Assembly (NCBI GenBank): GCA_973895155.1
Contig: OZ316896.1
Span: 13,881,542-13,945,541 of the forward strand
Reading direction: 5' to 3'
From: Marsupella aquatica
Taxonomy: Eukaryota > Plantae > Marchantiophyta
DNA: 64,000 nt
Shown: positions 36,521-49,835 of the stretch, piece after piece
Numbering within the stretch: position 1 is the stretch's first letter
Layout: every line of letters starts with the position of its first letter
Translations under genes and position numbers: made by a program
The notes under the pieces: generated by a model
The model's database searches: none
What the model was told of the DNA's origin: nothing
Seen by the model: the letters and a program-made list of their open reading frames with translations, nothing else

Positions 36521-38435
36521 TATCTGCAACTAAAATAGAATCTGCTTTCTTCTTGCTTACATGTACAACTACTACTCGAGGTTATCCCTCGCATTTGCCA
36601 GGATGTACGTCCTGTCTGTAACATAAGTCTTACCGCATATAGGAAGATCATGATATGTTTGTGAAAAGCCAAAGCGCCATATTGTTGTACTACTAGATTC
36701 ATTTAGTTAGATTTTTTCATCCTCACATGGCCATCTTCCTAGTCTAGGGTATTAGATCATCTGCCCCTCCCAGATGTGGCCAGCCATTTGAAGAGTGTGT
36801 GATAGCCCGGCGGTGTCCCTACAAGAAAATTAATGTCCATCTGAGAAAATCTTGGAATTTAGAACAACAGTCTGTACATTAATTAAATTATACAATGTGT
36901 CAATTCATGTGCAATTTGACGCGCAATACTTGAAGTGACTGAACCTGGCGGAGTCGTTTCACTGTTTAGGCGTTGTTAGTTCTACTGCATGTGACCAGGA
37001 CTTGATCTCTGTGTGTGAAGTCCTCTCCTTTCAGTCACCTTCAAGCTGGACACGGATTTTTCGACATCTTGAAGAGTTCAGTCTAATTGGAAAGTTCTGA
37101 ACTCGTCCAGACTGGAACTGTTTTCATCAATCAAACAATCACGTATCTCTCGAGGAAATAGACGTGTTGTAGTTGTAGGGAAAGCATTCAGATTTTAGTT
37201 CTGCAATGGAAAGAGGAAACGTTGTAGACAAGCGCTGGCTCGTTTGTGAGATGAACGACTCCTGCCCAAGAGGAAGCATGGTATTAGTATCGGTAGCCAG
37301 GCTCGGCATGTCTCTCGCAATTAGATGTTTTTATGGCTGATATGAGCGAAGAATGTTTCATGGACATCGGATTTCCTCAAGTTTAGGCACTGGTTCCACA
37401 GTGACCAGTAGAAAGCTCGTGGAAATCTGAGGGTCATCAGGCTGTGGTGTCTAGATCCACATTTTGGTCACAAAATGTGGTCATTCTGGGTGGTGGGGGT
37501 TCTGTCAGTCTCCATTTAACTCATCTCTCAATGTAATGTGATCATTCCAATTTCGAGAACCCATTTGAAAGCGATATTAAAGGTTACTTTGGATTGATTG
37601 AGTGTGTTCTCATACTGACGGAAGCAACCTTTACTTGGTGCGTCGATCTTGTTGCTCTGATCTTTGAGCTCTTCTAACTCGATAGAATAATTTCTCCCGT
37701 AGTGGACTGCAAGAAAGACTCCATGATCTTGCATAGTCATTGTACCACTCATGGAGTTCAATGTGATCATTTGAGATCCAACTGCCCTATGGGAGTATGT
37801 GTTTACATGGACTCGACTCCCACTAAAGGACGAGACCCTTGTAAAAACCGACGACACTTACCATCACTTTCGGAGATTATACATGTGCAGAAGAGTGATA
37901 GTGGCTTATTTATTGGACTATCACTCCTCGTGGACAATCTAAATACATACATGAATTCAACGATAAATTCCGGATGCAAACCAAGAGCATGTGCATTGAG
38001 TGAGGTCCCATACCAGCCGTTATACCTAGCATCAACAAAACTGGCCAAATTATACCAGTTAGAAGTCCAACCCAAGTACTCCTCCATAAGTGATTTAATT
38101 CTTTCACACGACATCGATCAAATATATAAACAGTTCAAGTTTACGAGTCATTAGAGTGACTGTCATGACGGTTGAAACATATACGAGAACTTTAGGAAAC
38201 GACTGCTTTCCATATCAATTGCATAGCTGATTGGAAAAGTGCAATGTCCATCTTCTAACATCGCGTCTTTTCCCAAGAGCAAGAGTACAAAGTGAAAGAA
38301 TATCGTTCTAAACAGGCCCCCCTATTGAATCTCAAAACGTGTCATTCAGGAAATTTCCTGGAGCCGAGGACCTTCTTTGAAATGTTTGAGAGTCCAAAAT
38401 TAAGTTGTTTAAAATGGATAGACTGAGAACACTCC

Positions 38436-41400
38436 TCAGGGCTCTTGCGGGGTGGAGTTAGAAAGCTCTTGGGCAGAATCTGTAGAGGTTTCTACACGCT
38501 CATACACAATCTCTTTGCTAGGAAGATCTTCGGATCCAACTTCAGATACAGGAGGCTCCCCACTGATACACATCAACAAATGTCCAAAAATCAGCTTCAC
38601 TGTATTGAGACGAATAATCCGAGACTCAAAGGGAATAGCTTCTTGATCGATCCTTAGACACAGGGAAGGTTTCTGAATCAAACCTGAGAGAATAATAAAT
38701 AATACCCGAAGTCACAGTTGCGAAGGCCACAAAATATATCCAGTCCACCTGTTTTAAAACCCAATCATTTAGGCTCTAGAGTTAGAATATAGGGCAAAAA
38801 GGTAATTCCAGGAAGCCCTCAGATGGTTTGCATTGAGATTGATTAATGCCCAGAGAACTGACCGATTGGTGATACACAACCATGCGAATGGCAATTGCAT
38901 ACATATCTGATGTTAACAGAGACAGATTCAGCATCGTAGAGCCACCAATCTGTGTTTCGGAACATTTCAATTAAAATTGTCAATGGTATAATTCAAAGCT
39001 GTAAGAACGTCGGTTGCTCAAGTATCGCCAACTGCACCGATTTTGAGGTCGTCAGAGGTCATCTCTCTTCTAGTGTGATGACATTGTCAAGTAAAGATGG
39101 AGACTGGACAATATGGTCATGTCAGCAAAGCTAACACTTCATCTCAGCTACCAGAACCAAATTCGCCACTTTCTCGATCAATCCTCTCTCAAACTTATCA
39201 CTGGCAACTCCGAGAACTAGCAGCCCCTAGCTGTTTCTTCACTTTGCCTCGACCTTTTAAATTCCTCAGACTTTCAACTCTACTTCAGGAGAATCTTTGT
39301 ACGCTCCACTCAATCATTAAGAGTTATACGTCAAGACATGTAATGATACTCTGCCCACTGAGCTACACATCCAAGTGGCCATGTATAGATGATAAATTAA
39401 AACGGTGCATCCTGTGTTGCTGTTGTGCCCATACATTAAACTACTCTCCATTCTCTGTTGGACCTTGCAACAACCCCTAGAGTCAAATGATCGCTTAAAT
39501 ATTGACACTGGGCCCATTCTAAGGATAATAACAGTGGTCAAATAAGGGTCAAAAGGTACCTGAAGTAGCAGTGGAAGCAGTGTGGAGAACAAAAAGAGGC
39601 AACCTGCAAATGCAATAAATGGCAAAATCTGCAGCAGAGGCAGAAATTCCATCAGGAGCGAGGTGCACGCAGCCAAACTCAAGTTAAGAAAGTATACTGC
39701 CAAATGCTTCTTCAGAAGTTCCGGAAAAAACAAATGCCACTGAAACACCGCGCACGGTAGAGAGCCAAGGCAAAAAGGAAACAACTAGCATATCGGAGCT
39801 TACAGCACTTGCACTCCAATGAATGGCCGCCAACTCTTGTCTCTCCAGCACAAATCTGCATCTTTCTTGTTAAGACATACATCACGAGCACAGCAAATCA
39901 AATGAATAACGCAGCAAATTGGTCTAGAGCTCCTCGTTGCATCTGAAACGTCAACAGAGCCAGGCCTACGCAGGCCGTCTCTCCTCTCCCAAGATTTCCA
40001 GAAACACTTACGGTTTTACGGTCTAATCTCATCGTCACCTTACAATCCGTAAACTGCCTGACAACGCACGCAATTCCATTGGTTCTATTTTCAAGACTCG
40101 TAGCAGAGTAAATCAATGTCTCATGTTCCCAGAGTAATGCAGAGTAGAGTCGCTCTTGAGGCTGTTCCTTCCCTCTTTCATTTTCTTTTTTAAATTTCTC
40201 AAAATATCAACATGTTTGTGTTGCGAAGGATACACTTGGCAAGCACTGATGATAGCACCAAAGCTACCGAAAAGCGCTAACAGCTCCACACGATCAACTT
40301 TCCTGACCAGGAACTCCTGCAAATATCTCCAATCCAACGCTCTGTTCAATCTCATCCTTACAAAATGGGTGCTCTGACTCACTATCGAAAGCCCCAAAAA
40401 CATCATATATTCCAATTGTCATGGAAGTGGAACAAGACAAGTGAAATAAAATGAAAAAAAGAACAACCCGATGGTGACAACAGAACTTTCCCAAAATTAA
40501 GGTCTAAACAAGAACGTCCAAAAGACTAACACACTATTCCTGAACTTGAAAGTGCAGACTTGGGGCTTGAGGACCACTAGCTCCAACGTCCCTGGAACCT
40601 CCTCCTCGCCTGTCCCGCCAGTTGTTAGTCTTTTAGTCTACTAACAAAAGATATTCCGATAGGGGTATAATATGGGTACACGAGTCTACTTAGCCATCCC
40701 GTACAAGTTTGAGAAGACTGGGTGCAATAAATCATATCAGACCTCTGCATTCATTCTGCGGATGGCGCAAGATCCGTTTTTCTCCTACTTCATGAGGGTA
40801 CAGAGTGGCACACCTCATAGACGTTAGTAAATGCATACATTGTCGCAGCCACAAGTACAAGTGAGTCCCCAAGTAAGAAATTGCTTCCTCCTGGATCAAA
40901 GTTGGTCAAACGATGAAACGTATGAATCAATGATGAATTTCATTAGAGCAGAGATTGTACAACGCCAGCAACACACGGGCACACTGCGCTTTCTATTTGG
41001 AGATCAGAACCTACAAATAGAACCCTCACGTCACTACCGTCAAGAAAAGCTTCATATTTGCAACTTTGACAACTAGATCCCAATGAAATTTGCTTGTCCA
41101 AGAACAGAAGATACTTTGGGTGTTCTGGGTGGAAGCAAACCAGATCGATCTCCAGCATGTACGTCTGAGAGGAGGACAAGACACAGCCCCAGTACACATA
41201 AGGACACACCGATGAAATGTCCACGAAAGTAACGAGTACTTAGGAGAAACCACGTCAAGAGCAGCACGCAAGGAATGGTCCAACAGTCCAAAAGCATCAC
41301 ACTGGTGATAGACGTGTACTGGTATGCCTTCGTTGCTGCAAGTAAACGAGAGGCAGACATACGTCGAGTAAGATACCTTCTTGTTGACACCCTCTCATTG

Positions 41401-42459
41401 GATGTAGCATTAAAAGACGGCAGAAGGCATTGTGCTTGTCATTATATGTGCTTGGTGAGTATCACATTCATACCTAGGTAGTTGGCTTCCACATCGATGA
41501 CGGCCAGCAGAAGGTAGAGGTACCACCGCACCTACATACGTGAATATGGTTGAAGGGCAGCATTCTCTTTTCAAATACTGTAATGACAAATTCGCAGTTC
41601 TTCTTGCAAGGATTCAACTAAAACCAACCGCAATTGACTTATAAAGCAAAATTGCAGACATGGCAATCCTAAAGTATAGGATCGATCTTAGATGTTTCTA
41701 ACTTTCTCTCCAACACTGTAGAGCTCACACAAGTAGAAAGACAGTCATACTCGTATCAATAATGGTAGCAAACAGACGGAAAGCTCTCCCTTGCCATATT
41801 TGAGCAATTCAGTGAGCTCTAAACTCCAAATTCTTGATTTATCAGATACAGCAGCTGAGAACTTTCCAAATAGTGAAACTAGCGAGTGGTGGGCGGAATC
41901 ACCTTCAGTGGCTTTTTTCGGCGAAGTAAGTATATTCCATTAACAGCAGCTAAAAGGATGTAGTTGAAAAACGACTGCGACGTTGGTGCATTGATTCCTG
42001 CCCAACAACACATTCGGACACATCTGCATGAGTTATCGCTCCGTCTTCCTTCGACTAAACGAAAACCCACCTTTCCCTCACTCCTCGGCTCTCAGTTTCC
42101 AAGTTCTGATCTCCCCTGTTTATTTTATTGAATCCTTACCCTCTCTTACTTGGCTACTGGCCCTGATCTTCCTTTTTGCCGCTTGCCTGCTTGTGGGGAT
42201 CTGAGGGCTCCAAGAGCAGTATTTCATCACCTTTCGTTCCTCCATTCTAATTCCGTTCAGCGAATATACTGAAGTTTGAGTTTTGTCTAGCTCTATATCG
42301 GATTCCGCGCAAGCACCCTCATCACACTCACAACTTCACAAGCTTCTATTTGTCAAACGTACCGTGCCGGACAAGGAGCGATGAAGAAAACGCGGTTCCT
42401 GTGATGAGTAGTGACAGAACTTGTCCCAGAGCCACGGCCTTCACTATCTGCTTTCCCAT
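38436..42459 (-). CDS. SLC35F1/F2-like (DUF914) solute carrier, 11 exons
   Basis: Exons approximately 42459-42363, 41997-41903, 41531-41474, 41335-41141, 40890-40814, 40316-40234, 39855-39804, 39628-39560, 38949-38863, 38748-38684 and 38562-38436. Motifs LGQVLSLLITGT, NAPTSQSFFNY, DVEANYL, KAYQYTSITSVMLLDCW, EFLVRK and NLSLLTSDM. Confidence 0.9.
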
Positions 42460-44370
42460 TACTAAGGAACCAGCAATAGCTGGAACAGAGTTCAGTAGCA
42501 GCAGCGTCACGACATCATAGTCGCATAAACGAAGACAGAAGACACAATCTTCAAGAAGGTCAGTGTGCAACTACATGCATTCAATATCCAGCATAAGTCC
42601 CCTCCGTTCCCACATTCTAACATATCTTTCAAATACCAGAAAACAGTTCTAATGTCTCTCACACACAAACTGACAAGTAAATGCGTAAATGGAAATGAAT
42701 GAATTCCTCAACACGCTAAAACAGTTCGACTTCAAAGGACGAACCTTGGTATGATTCTGTCGCAAGCTTTCTGAGCCAGCTGCAGAAGAAAAACGGACAA
42801 GGGACAACAGCCACTCATGAAATCGCGAACTCCTCACAAACAATTCACGGGCACCACTTCCCGCAACCGAATGAGGATGCGTTGCAAACATTATTTAGCC
42901 CACTTTCCTCCGCCTCCCCTCCATCGTTTAGGCCCCCTCGCCCACCCTGCCCTTGTGGCCCAGCTTTGCTCCCTCGTTCAAGGCGGTGGATGATCATCCT
43001 CTGACGTCCATTCCGCTGCCGGTACTGTACCACTGTCCCGGCATCATTATTAGATATGACCGCGACGAAGAATTCCGTCATAGCGAGGATTCTTGTAGAA
43101 TCTCAAGGCCAAGCAAAAGATATCGAACTAACGAACAGTATTAAACAGGATTTCCTTTCCTTTCCTTTCCTTTGTTAAGTTACTGGACTCTCCAAAGTCA
43201 ACGCTTCCAAGAATGAATGTACGATGGACACTTTTCCTGATGCCCTTGTCCGCCTGACTCTCAATTTCTATTTGAAATGTGAGCAATAAAGGAATGAATG
43301 AATGCTTCAACAAGAGAGGCTTCAGAGCAAATCTGGGAAGAGAGCACTCCCGTTACAGTCCTGTAGTCCCAGTAAGTAAATTAGAAACAAAGATAGAACA
43401 AACTACTCCGTCATTTTCATTGGACTGTAGTCTCAGTTGGAAACCCCACCATTGACACCCAGAAGCCAACGAATGAGATTTATTTTGCAATTCCATTAGA
43501 CAGTGCTGGCAAAAATTCAATCTAGCCACAAAATGGAGGCAATTCGCTGATCACCTAAACGAACTCTTTAAAACAGAGCTTTCTGTGAGTTTATCCAATC
43601 GACCTCCAGCATAAAGACTAGCCAATCAGCTAGCAAGCTAGCATGGTTTCGAGAAACCCACAAAGATTTCAGCTTAAGAGCACGACAACGAGCCCTCAAA
43701 GCTCAACAAAACACCGCCTTGACCAATCCGGAACCATACTCTAAAAACAAAGCAAAGAGCAACAACGACGAATCACTGTACCTCAATTTGCAATGAATTT
43801 TGTCATGGCAGTGAAAGCAAGGAAGAGTTCACGCCATCACCTCATCAGCACCGACCACAGCAGCGGACTCTCGAGCAGGCTAAAAAAGTCGCCTCAACGC
43901 TGTGGATTTCTTTCTTTCCCAAAGATATGATTGAAGCATGGCTTGATTGGCAGGCAGCTCTAGGAGACGAGAGGGCAGAGGAGGGGGAGAAATGCATCGA
44001 TTATTAAACTACATTGTTTGAAGGATCAGAGAATTCTCTGGAGCTCAAAGGATCAGAGAGAACATCACTGTACTCCAGTGCACAGTACTTCTTATTACTT
44101 CTTCGAGTTCTACTTGTTTTTGCTAATGATTGAGTTTTGCGGCTCCCGTAGTGCCGGCTGTTTCCGTGCCGCAAACATCGCCCCGCCGCACGCCCGGAAA
44201 CATAATACCCTGTTTCCCGAGTTTCATGCTAGGATGCACCAGAACGTTTCATCTCGTGACTCCGATGGACCAAGTACGGTTTGAGACCATGCTAGCTGAG
44301 CTGTCAAATTGGTCAATTCCAGTTGTAGTGGTTGATCCAATCATCTTGTCAAACATAGTCGGGATTAGAA

Positions 44371-44520
44371 TATTTGCTTGATGGGACCTCAAAATGAAAA
44401 ATGTTACTTGAGAGTAACTTTCAATGATCCATACTAGTGATTGACCTTCAATCAAGGTACCCAAAACCTCAAGGTCCTACCAAGTAACACTTTTTATTTT
44501 GGGGTCCCATCAAACAAATA
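44371..44520. mobile_element. 150-bp MITE-like element with 40-bp terminal inverted repeats
   Basis: 44371-44410 matches the reverse complement of 44481-44520 at 36/40 positions. The element begins and ends with TA. Confidence 0.65.
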
Positions 44521-45516
44521 ACTGTCCATAGGAGTTTCAAGTTCCTTGTTCTATAACTTTTTGTAAATTCTTGAGCAGAGTGAGGCTATACTAGGGTGTC
44601 TCAAAGTTCCAAAGTTTATAGTTGTAAACTGGTGAGTTATGGGTTACATTACATACACAATCCTTACAGACTTTGAAACCGGTTTTTGTTTTTAATAGAT
44701 ATCCATAAGACATGGCTGCAAGGAAGCTGAAATAATTTGCTTGCATTTGATGAAGTCAGGTAATGAGTCCTACTCCTTCTGAATGGCATCGAGTCTCAGT
44801 CGTAGTCTCTAGGTGTGTTAGGTTTTAGTTTTTCTAGAGATAGTATTGACGATGTAGATGATGATTGCGCTGAAGGGAGCCTTTGTCAATCAGATGGCAT
44901 ACTTAGCGGCATAGAATCATGTCCACTTCTTCCCTCTCTTAAAAAGCTAGTGGCAGCAGAAGGTCAAGAAAATTGTCACGACACACAGACCATCTCTGTT
45001 CTCCTTTCTTTTCTGTTCTTGATTTACTTATTACTCAATTGAACCGCAATTCAGAATGCGGGTGGGCAGTCGGTTACTCAGGGTAAATAAAACGTAGGGT
45101 GGGCCTACTATTAATTGAACGGTTGGTTTCTCAATGTAAATAAAATGGTTATTTTTTAAACATTTTTACATCAAGGTTTACGGCATGGCGTCCTCAATTT
45201 TACCAAAATCCTGCCACAAACACGAATGTTGAAGTAATCTTATTTTGTAAACAAATTCGTACCTGTTTGTAGCGCATCTTGATGATGTGGCGCACTGTGG
45301 AGTCTCAAATTTTGGAAGGGACCTCTAGTAGGGTCCGTAATTAAAAATTAAAAATTGCACCTAAAAATTGCAAGACTGTAGAGACACCAGGTTTGTGCAT
45401 GCCTTGTGCATTAATATTTTTCCATTCAGATTGTAGCGCAATACCATTAAAAATTCACGTAGATTTCATTTCCTTCCTTTATAACAAAGTATACACTGGT
45501 ATGCCATTGTTCACGT

Positions 45517-45820
45517 CTCAGGGGGGTCATTATATGGAAGGCCATATATCGCGTGCGACATTTTAGGGTTTGACCCCCCTAACTTTTAATTGAAAAATAT
45601 TTTTTTGCAAAGCCCTTTCTTTCTTTAAATTTTGTCATTTTTATTAAAAAACCCTAAAAACTTTACATAAAGTATTTTTGCAATTAAATAGACCTATGTA
45701 TTCTTTAAAGTCGACCAATCAATAAAACATGCCCTATATGTTCTTCCACCACACCCATTTAAATGGGCCTATATTTCGTCACACGTGATGTGTTACTTCC
45801 ATGGAAGTGACCCCCCCGAG
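45517..45820. mobile_element. 304-bp MITE with imperfect TIRs and an 8-bp target-site duplication
   Basis: TIRs ctcaggggggtcattatatggaag... and ...cttccatggaagtgacccccccgag. GTTCACGT is repeated directly at 45509-45516 and 45821-45828. AT-rich interior. Confidence 0.8.
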
Positions 45821-46252
45821 GTTCACGTCAAAAATCAACAATGACAAGAAGGGGGTCATTACTGATAACTCCATTAAATATGCATTGTGCAATTCTTTCC
45901 AAGTTTCAAAAAAGATTACATGAAATTTTGTCATGGGGAGACTGGATTTTTCATTCATTGTGCAAACCTTATTGTCTCTACACTAGCTATAGTCAAACCA
46001 ACCTACCATATTGCTCAAGGATTGAGATGCCCTACCCTAGACACACATAAACTCTGTTTGTCAGTCTGCACTAATTTGCCAAGCAAGGGAGTATTGAATA
46101 CCAGTTTCCTCCCCCAGGACAAACAAACACATGAAGCTCTATTTGTCTATCCGAGGGGGAGGAAACTGGGTGGGAGTTTGGAATACCAAGTGAAAGGGAT
46201 GTAGCCGAGGCTGTAGGCAAGTTCACTATCTGCCCCAAGCCGCACTCAGTTG

Positions 46253-46614
46253 TGTTAGGATTTACTCTTAGGTCTAGAGTTACGACTATACCGTAGTTAA
46301 GGCTAACCTTAGTTGCAAACTTGGTTAGGATAGTCATGTTGTGCACACTCTATAACCAAGCGGTGTTTGCTTGGAGAGTGGGAACTCAGGCTCATTGTTA
46401 CGGAGCTAGTTGAGAGATAGAGAGAGCTTACGCTATGGATGCTTGGTATGCTGGGTCGGCCTAGAGTTCATGTGTGTTCCCATGGATGTAGCCTCATATG
46501 GAGGTCCCATGGACATAGCCTCATATGGAGGTGAACCACGTATCTCTCTGTGTCAACTCTTGTGCGTTGGATGGTTCATGGGCTTGCCGTTGCGATTGTC
46601 GTCTATGCTCAACA
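46253..46614. mobile_element. Solo LTR (copy 1)
   Basis: TGTT...AACA ends with a 5-bp TSD AGTTG (46248-46252 and 46615-46619). Homologous to 47620-47948. Confidence 0.85.
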
Positions 46615-47619
46615 AGTTGTACACACACAAAAGTTCCATCTATTTGTCTGTTTGTCTGTTTGTCTAGAGGGGGGGCCGGGGGTGTTGGAAGAAACACCAG
46701 TTGAAGGGTTGTAGGCCCTTAGAGTACTCATTGTACAAGAGAAATTCTAGTAGGACCAGCCAACAGGCCTAGTTTGGAGCCCCAGTATGCCCGGGTTTGT
46801 GCACCCTAATGTCAGCATTTTTTGAATCAAGGCCACAATCCTACGCTCCACAACCTTGCAGAATACAACCCACCAATATTTGTGCCAATTAACAAGATAC
46901 TTTTTATTTTTGTTTTTATTTGTTATAATTGAAATTTATTCTGTGTGAACCCCACGGACGGGAGAACCAAGCAGGCCCAACAAGATACTGTTTGTTTACA
47001 TACAATCACTTAGAGCTGAGGGGAGGTGGGTCTATAAAGATAGTTTGTTACAACACACTTACATAATTCTCACCATAGTCTAGTTGCAACTCGACAGGCC
47101 TATCAACTCTCCTGCCTCTTCAGCATGGCATCCAAAACAACAGATTTTTAGTGGCAATCAATTTTTCAAGGCCAAATTGGCTAGATTCCACCCGTCTAAA
47201 ATTCTTTGCCACTTTTGCCAAGAATTAACTAGGTTTTTTGTCTTCCATTAGACGGTTTCCCACCTAGCAAGGGACCCCATTAGCCAAATCTAAAGGTCAT
47301 CCTAAAATCTAGAGAGATCTAACACTTAGAAAGCAATCTAAGGAAATGAGATAACTAATATTCCCAACATCTTCTTCAATCATGCAAGGTGATAGACTTA
47401 CAAAAAAACCTTACAAATTGTAGTGATCCAGGACCATTGTCATAGAGCTGCAATTGCTCTTTCCCGGTCACCGTGCGCGTATTTTCTGGCTCTCAATGAG
47501 TTTGTTCACCCGTCATCACACTAGTTCAGTTGCGAGTATTGTAACACATACGGTCAAGGACAGGAGGTATCCCTGTATGGGATATACAGTCAACCCATGT
47601 ATGCAGGGATATTGTATAT

Positions 47620-47948
47620 TGTTAGGATTTAGTCTTAGGTCTAGAGTTACGACTGTATCACAATTAGGGCTAACCTTAGTAGCAGACTATGTTAGGTTAG
47701 TCATGCTGTGCACACACTATACCCAAACGGTGTTTGCTTGGAGAGTAGGAACTCAGGCTCATTGTTACGGAGCAAGTTGAGAAATAGGGAGAACTTCTGC
47801 TATGGATGCTTGGTATGGCCAGTCAACCTAGAGTGCAATAAAGTTCTTGTGTGTTCCCATGGACGTAGCCTCATGTGGAGGTGACCATGTATCTCTTTGT
47901 GTCGACTCTTGTGCGTTGGATGATTCATTGGCTTGCCGTTGCTCAACA
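47620..47948. mobile_element. Solo LTR (copy 2, same family)
   Basis: TGTT...AACA ends with a 5-bp TSD TATAT (47615-47619 and 47949-47953). Confidence 0.85.
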
Positions 47949-48401
47949 TATATGGGAGACTAATATCCCATAAAGGGACAAGTGACCGACCTTAACATTA
48001 TGTTAAGGTTGTCAAACATTGACAAAATTTAATTTGCCATGTGTACTGACAACATCATGAACATCCAGCTCCTGCGTTGGCAAACATACTAGCCTAGCTG
48101 GCCTGACCTGTATTCATAAGGTTTGTTTCTAATGAGATAGAATCCTTGAGAAATGTACTAATGTGTCATGGTATGAGTGAACCAGAACTTGAATTGAAGA
48201 CCAGACAACCTTAACTTAAGTCAAGAATGCTCAGTATCACATAATGACATATATTGGCTCCCATATAAGGTCGTCTGCGCAAATGGTTGGCTATATATAC
48301 GTGGATCCACCTTATATGGTAGACTATATATCCCGTCCTTAACCCTATCCGTTAAGGAGGTCGAGAAGATGTAAACAGTCACTTTTATGTTCATTAATCT
48401 G

Positions 48402-49140
48402 GATGTAGAATTCGAATGTATCTGTGTACCATGTGGAATACAGTGAGCATAATGAGATGCAGAATTAGAATGTATCTGTGTACCATGTGGAATACAGTGA
48501 ACATAATGAGATGCAAAATTAGAATGTATTTGTATACCATTTGGAATACAGTGAACATAATGAGATGTAATGATGTGCATATTGTGGCAGCAGCTTACAG
48601 CCCTGATATCTAACGAGATGCAATTGCGTGGCTGAGCAATAGGGCGTGTCAAAGCACAGTTGTACCTGAGTTACAGCCTCAGGACATAAAACACACTTAT
48701 GGTAAGGACAGAATTGTTATGGGTTACCAAAATAAGCAGCCCATAAGGGTGATATATAAATAGAACCAGGACAGAATTGTTATGGGTTACCAAAATAAGC
48801 ACCCCATGAGTGTGGTATATAAATAGAACCATAACCAAAGTGTTAGGGGAGAACTTTGACAGACCCTATTGCTAGAACCTGAGCTTTGTCCTGTCAGTGA
48901 GGAATCGAGGAAGAAGTGTGTGTGTTTTGGTGGGTCGGTTGGGTGCCTACCCTCTAATGCAGAGGTGAGATTTAGATTGTTCGAGTTTAGGAGTTCTGAG
49001 GGAGAAGGCGTACTGTGGGTACGTCCTGTCTATTATGCTGCTCGGGTGGTCTACAGTAGGCGTTTAATAAAATGGAGTTCTGAGGGAGAACAGTGTACTG
49101 TGGGCACGTCCTGTCTATTCTGCTGCTCGGGTGGTCTAAG
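48402..49140. repeat. Cluster of tandem repeats: 54 bp x3 (48402-48570), 63 bp x2 (48705-48830) and about 84 bp x2 (48990-49140)
   Basis: Direct repeats of gatg.agaatt.gaatgtat.tgt.taccat.tggaatacagtga.cataatga, aggacagaattgttatgggttaccaaaataagc and ggagttctgagggagaa...gctgctcgggtggtcta. Confidence 0.85.
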
Positions 49141-49835
49141 TGTGTAATAATGAGTTGAAATTTTGAGATTGCCTATTGTCTGGTACAGTTTTGAGCTGCT
49201 CCATCGGGTGTGCAGCAGCTGGAGCAACTGGTACAGTCAGGCCCTCTCCACTCAGCTTCCCCTGATTTGTGGCACCATCCCACGAGGGCTTGCAATCAGT
49301 CAGTCCCCGATTGCATCATTGCCCGAGCCGTGTGCTGGAATTCAGGAAGCTCCTACTGTCGCTGGCTACCAGCTTGGAGTTGAACAGCGAATCGGCAGGT
49401 AGGGTGAGTGTGCACTCTCGCTCTCCCTTGGTGTCCAATTTTCGTTGAGCGTTATCTTAGAAATTTGAGCTAGCTGCTCTGTGATTCTGATCTTGGGAGT
49501 AGCTTGGGAACTGAGCTTTCAACACGCTCGTTTTGGTCCAGTGGCAAACCTCGACCACATCAGCGGGAAAAATAGACAGCCAGGTGACAAAAAAATGGAC
49601 TAGCTGCCGTTCAAGGGTTTAGAGATAGATGTGCAAGAATGTGTGTGATTTCCTAGATCCTTGACGCTCATGTTTCACACAATTTTGCGCTCCTTCACTT
49701 TCTTCCTCTTACCAATTCTGGCCTCCGTGTCTTGAAACCTTTCAACAGCTGGACTGAGGTGTGAGGTGGGTTATTTTTTTGCAGGTTTGTGGGGCAAGAG
49801 ATTCTGTAGCTTCTACCTCCTGCAACCATCACGCA

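Noticed and set aside
37528-38154. Overlapping 100-150 aa ORFs between the RVE and SLC35F 3' ends
   Set aside because: No recognisable motifs or splice-consistent model; probably UTR or intergenic sequence.
46253-47948. One LTR element bounded by the two similar repeats
   Set aside because: Each repeat has its own distinct TSD, and no PBS or PPT lies between them.
48402-48570. CRISPR-like array (also considered for 5876-6109, 23790-24640 and 59005-59215)
   Set aside because: Units are contiguous tandem copies without unique spacers, there are no cas genes, and the context is eukaryotic.
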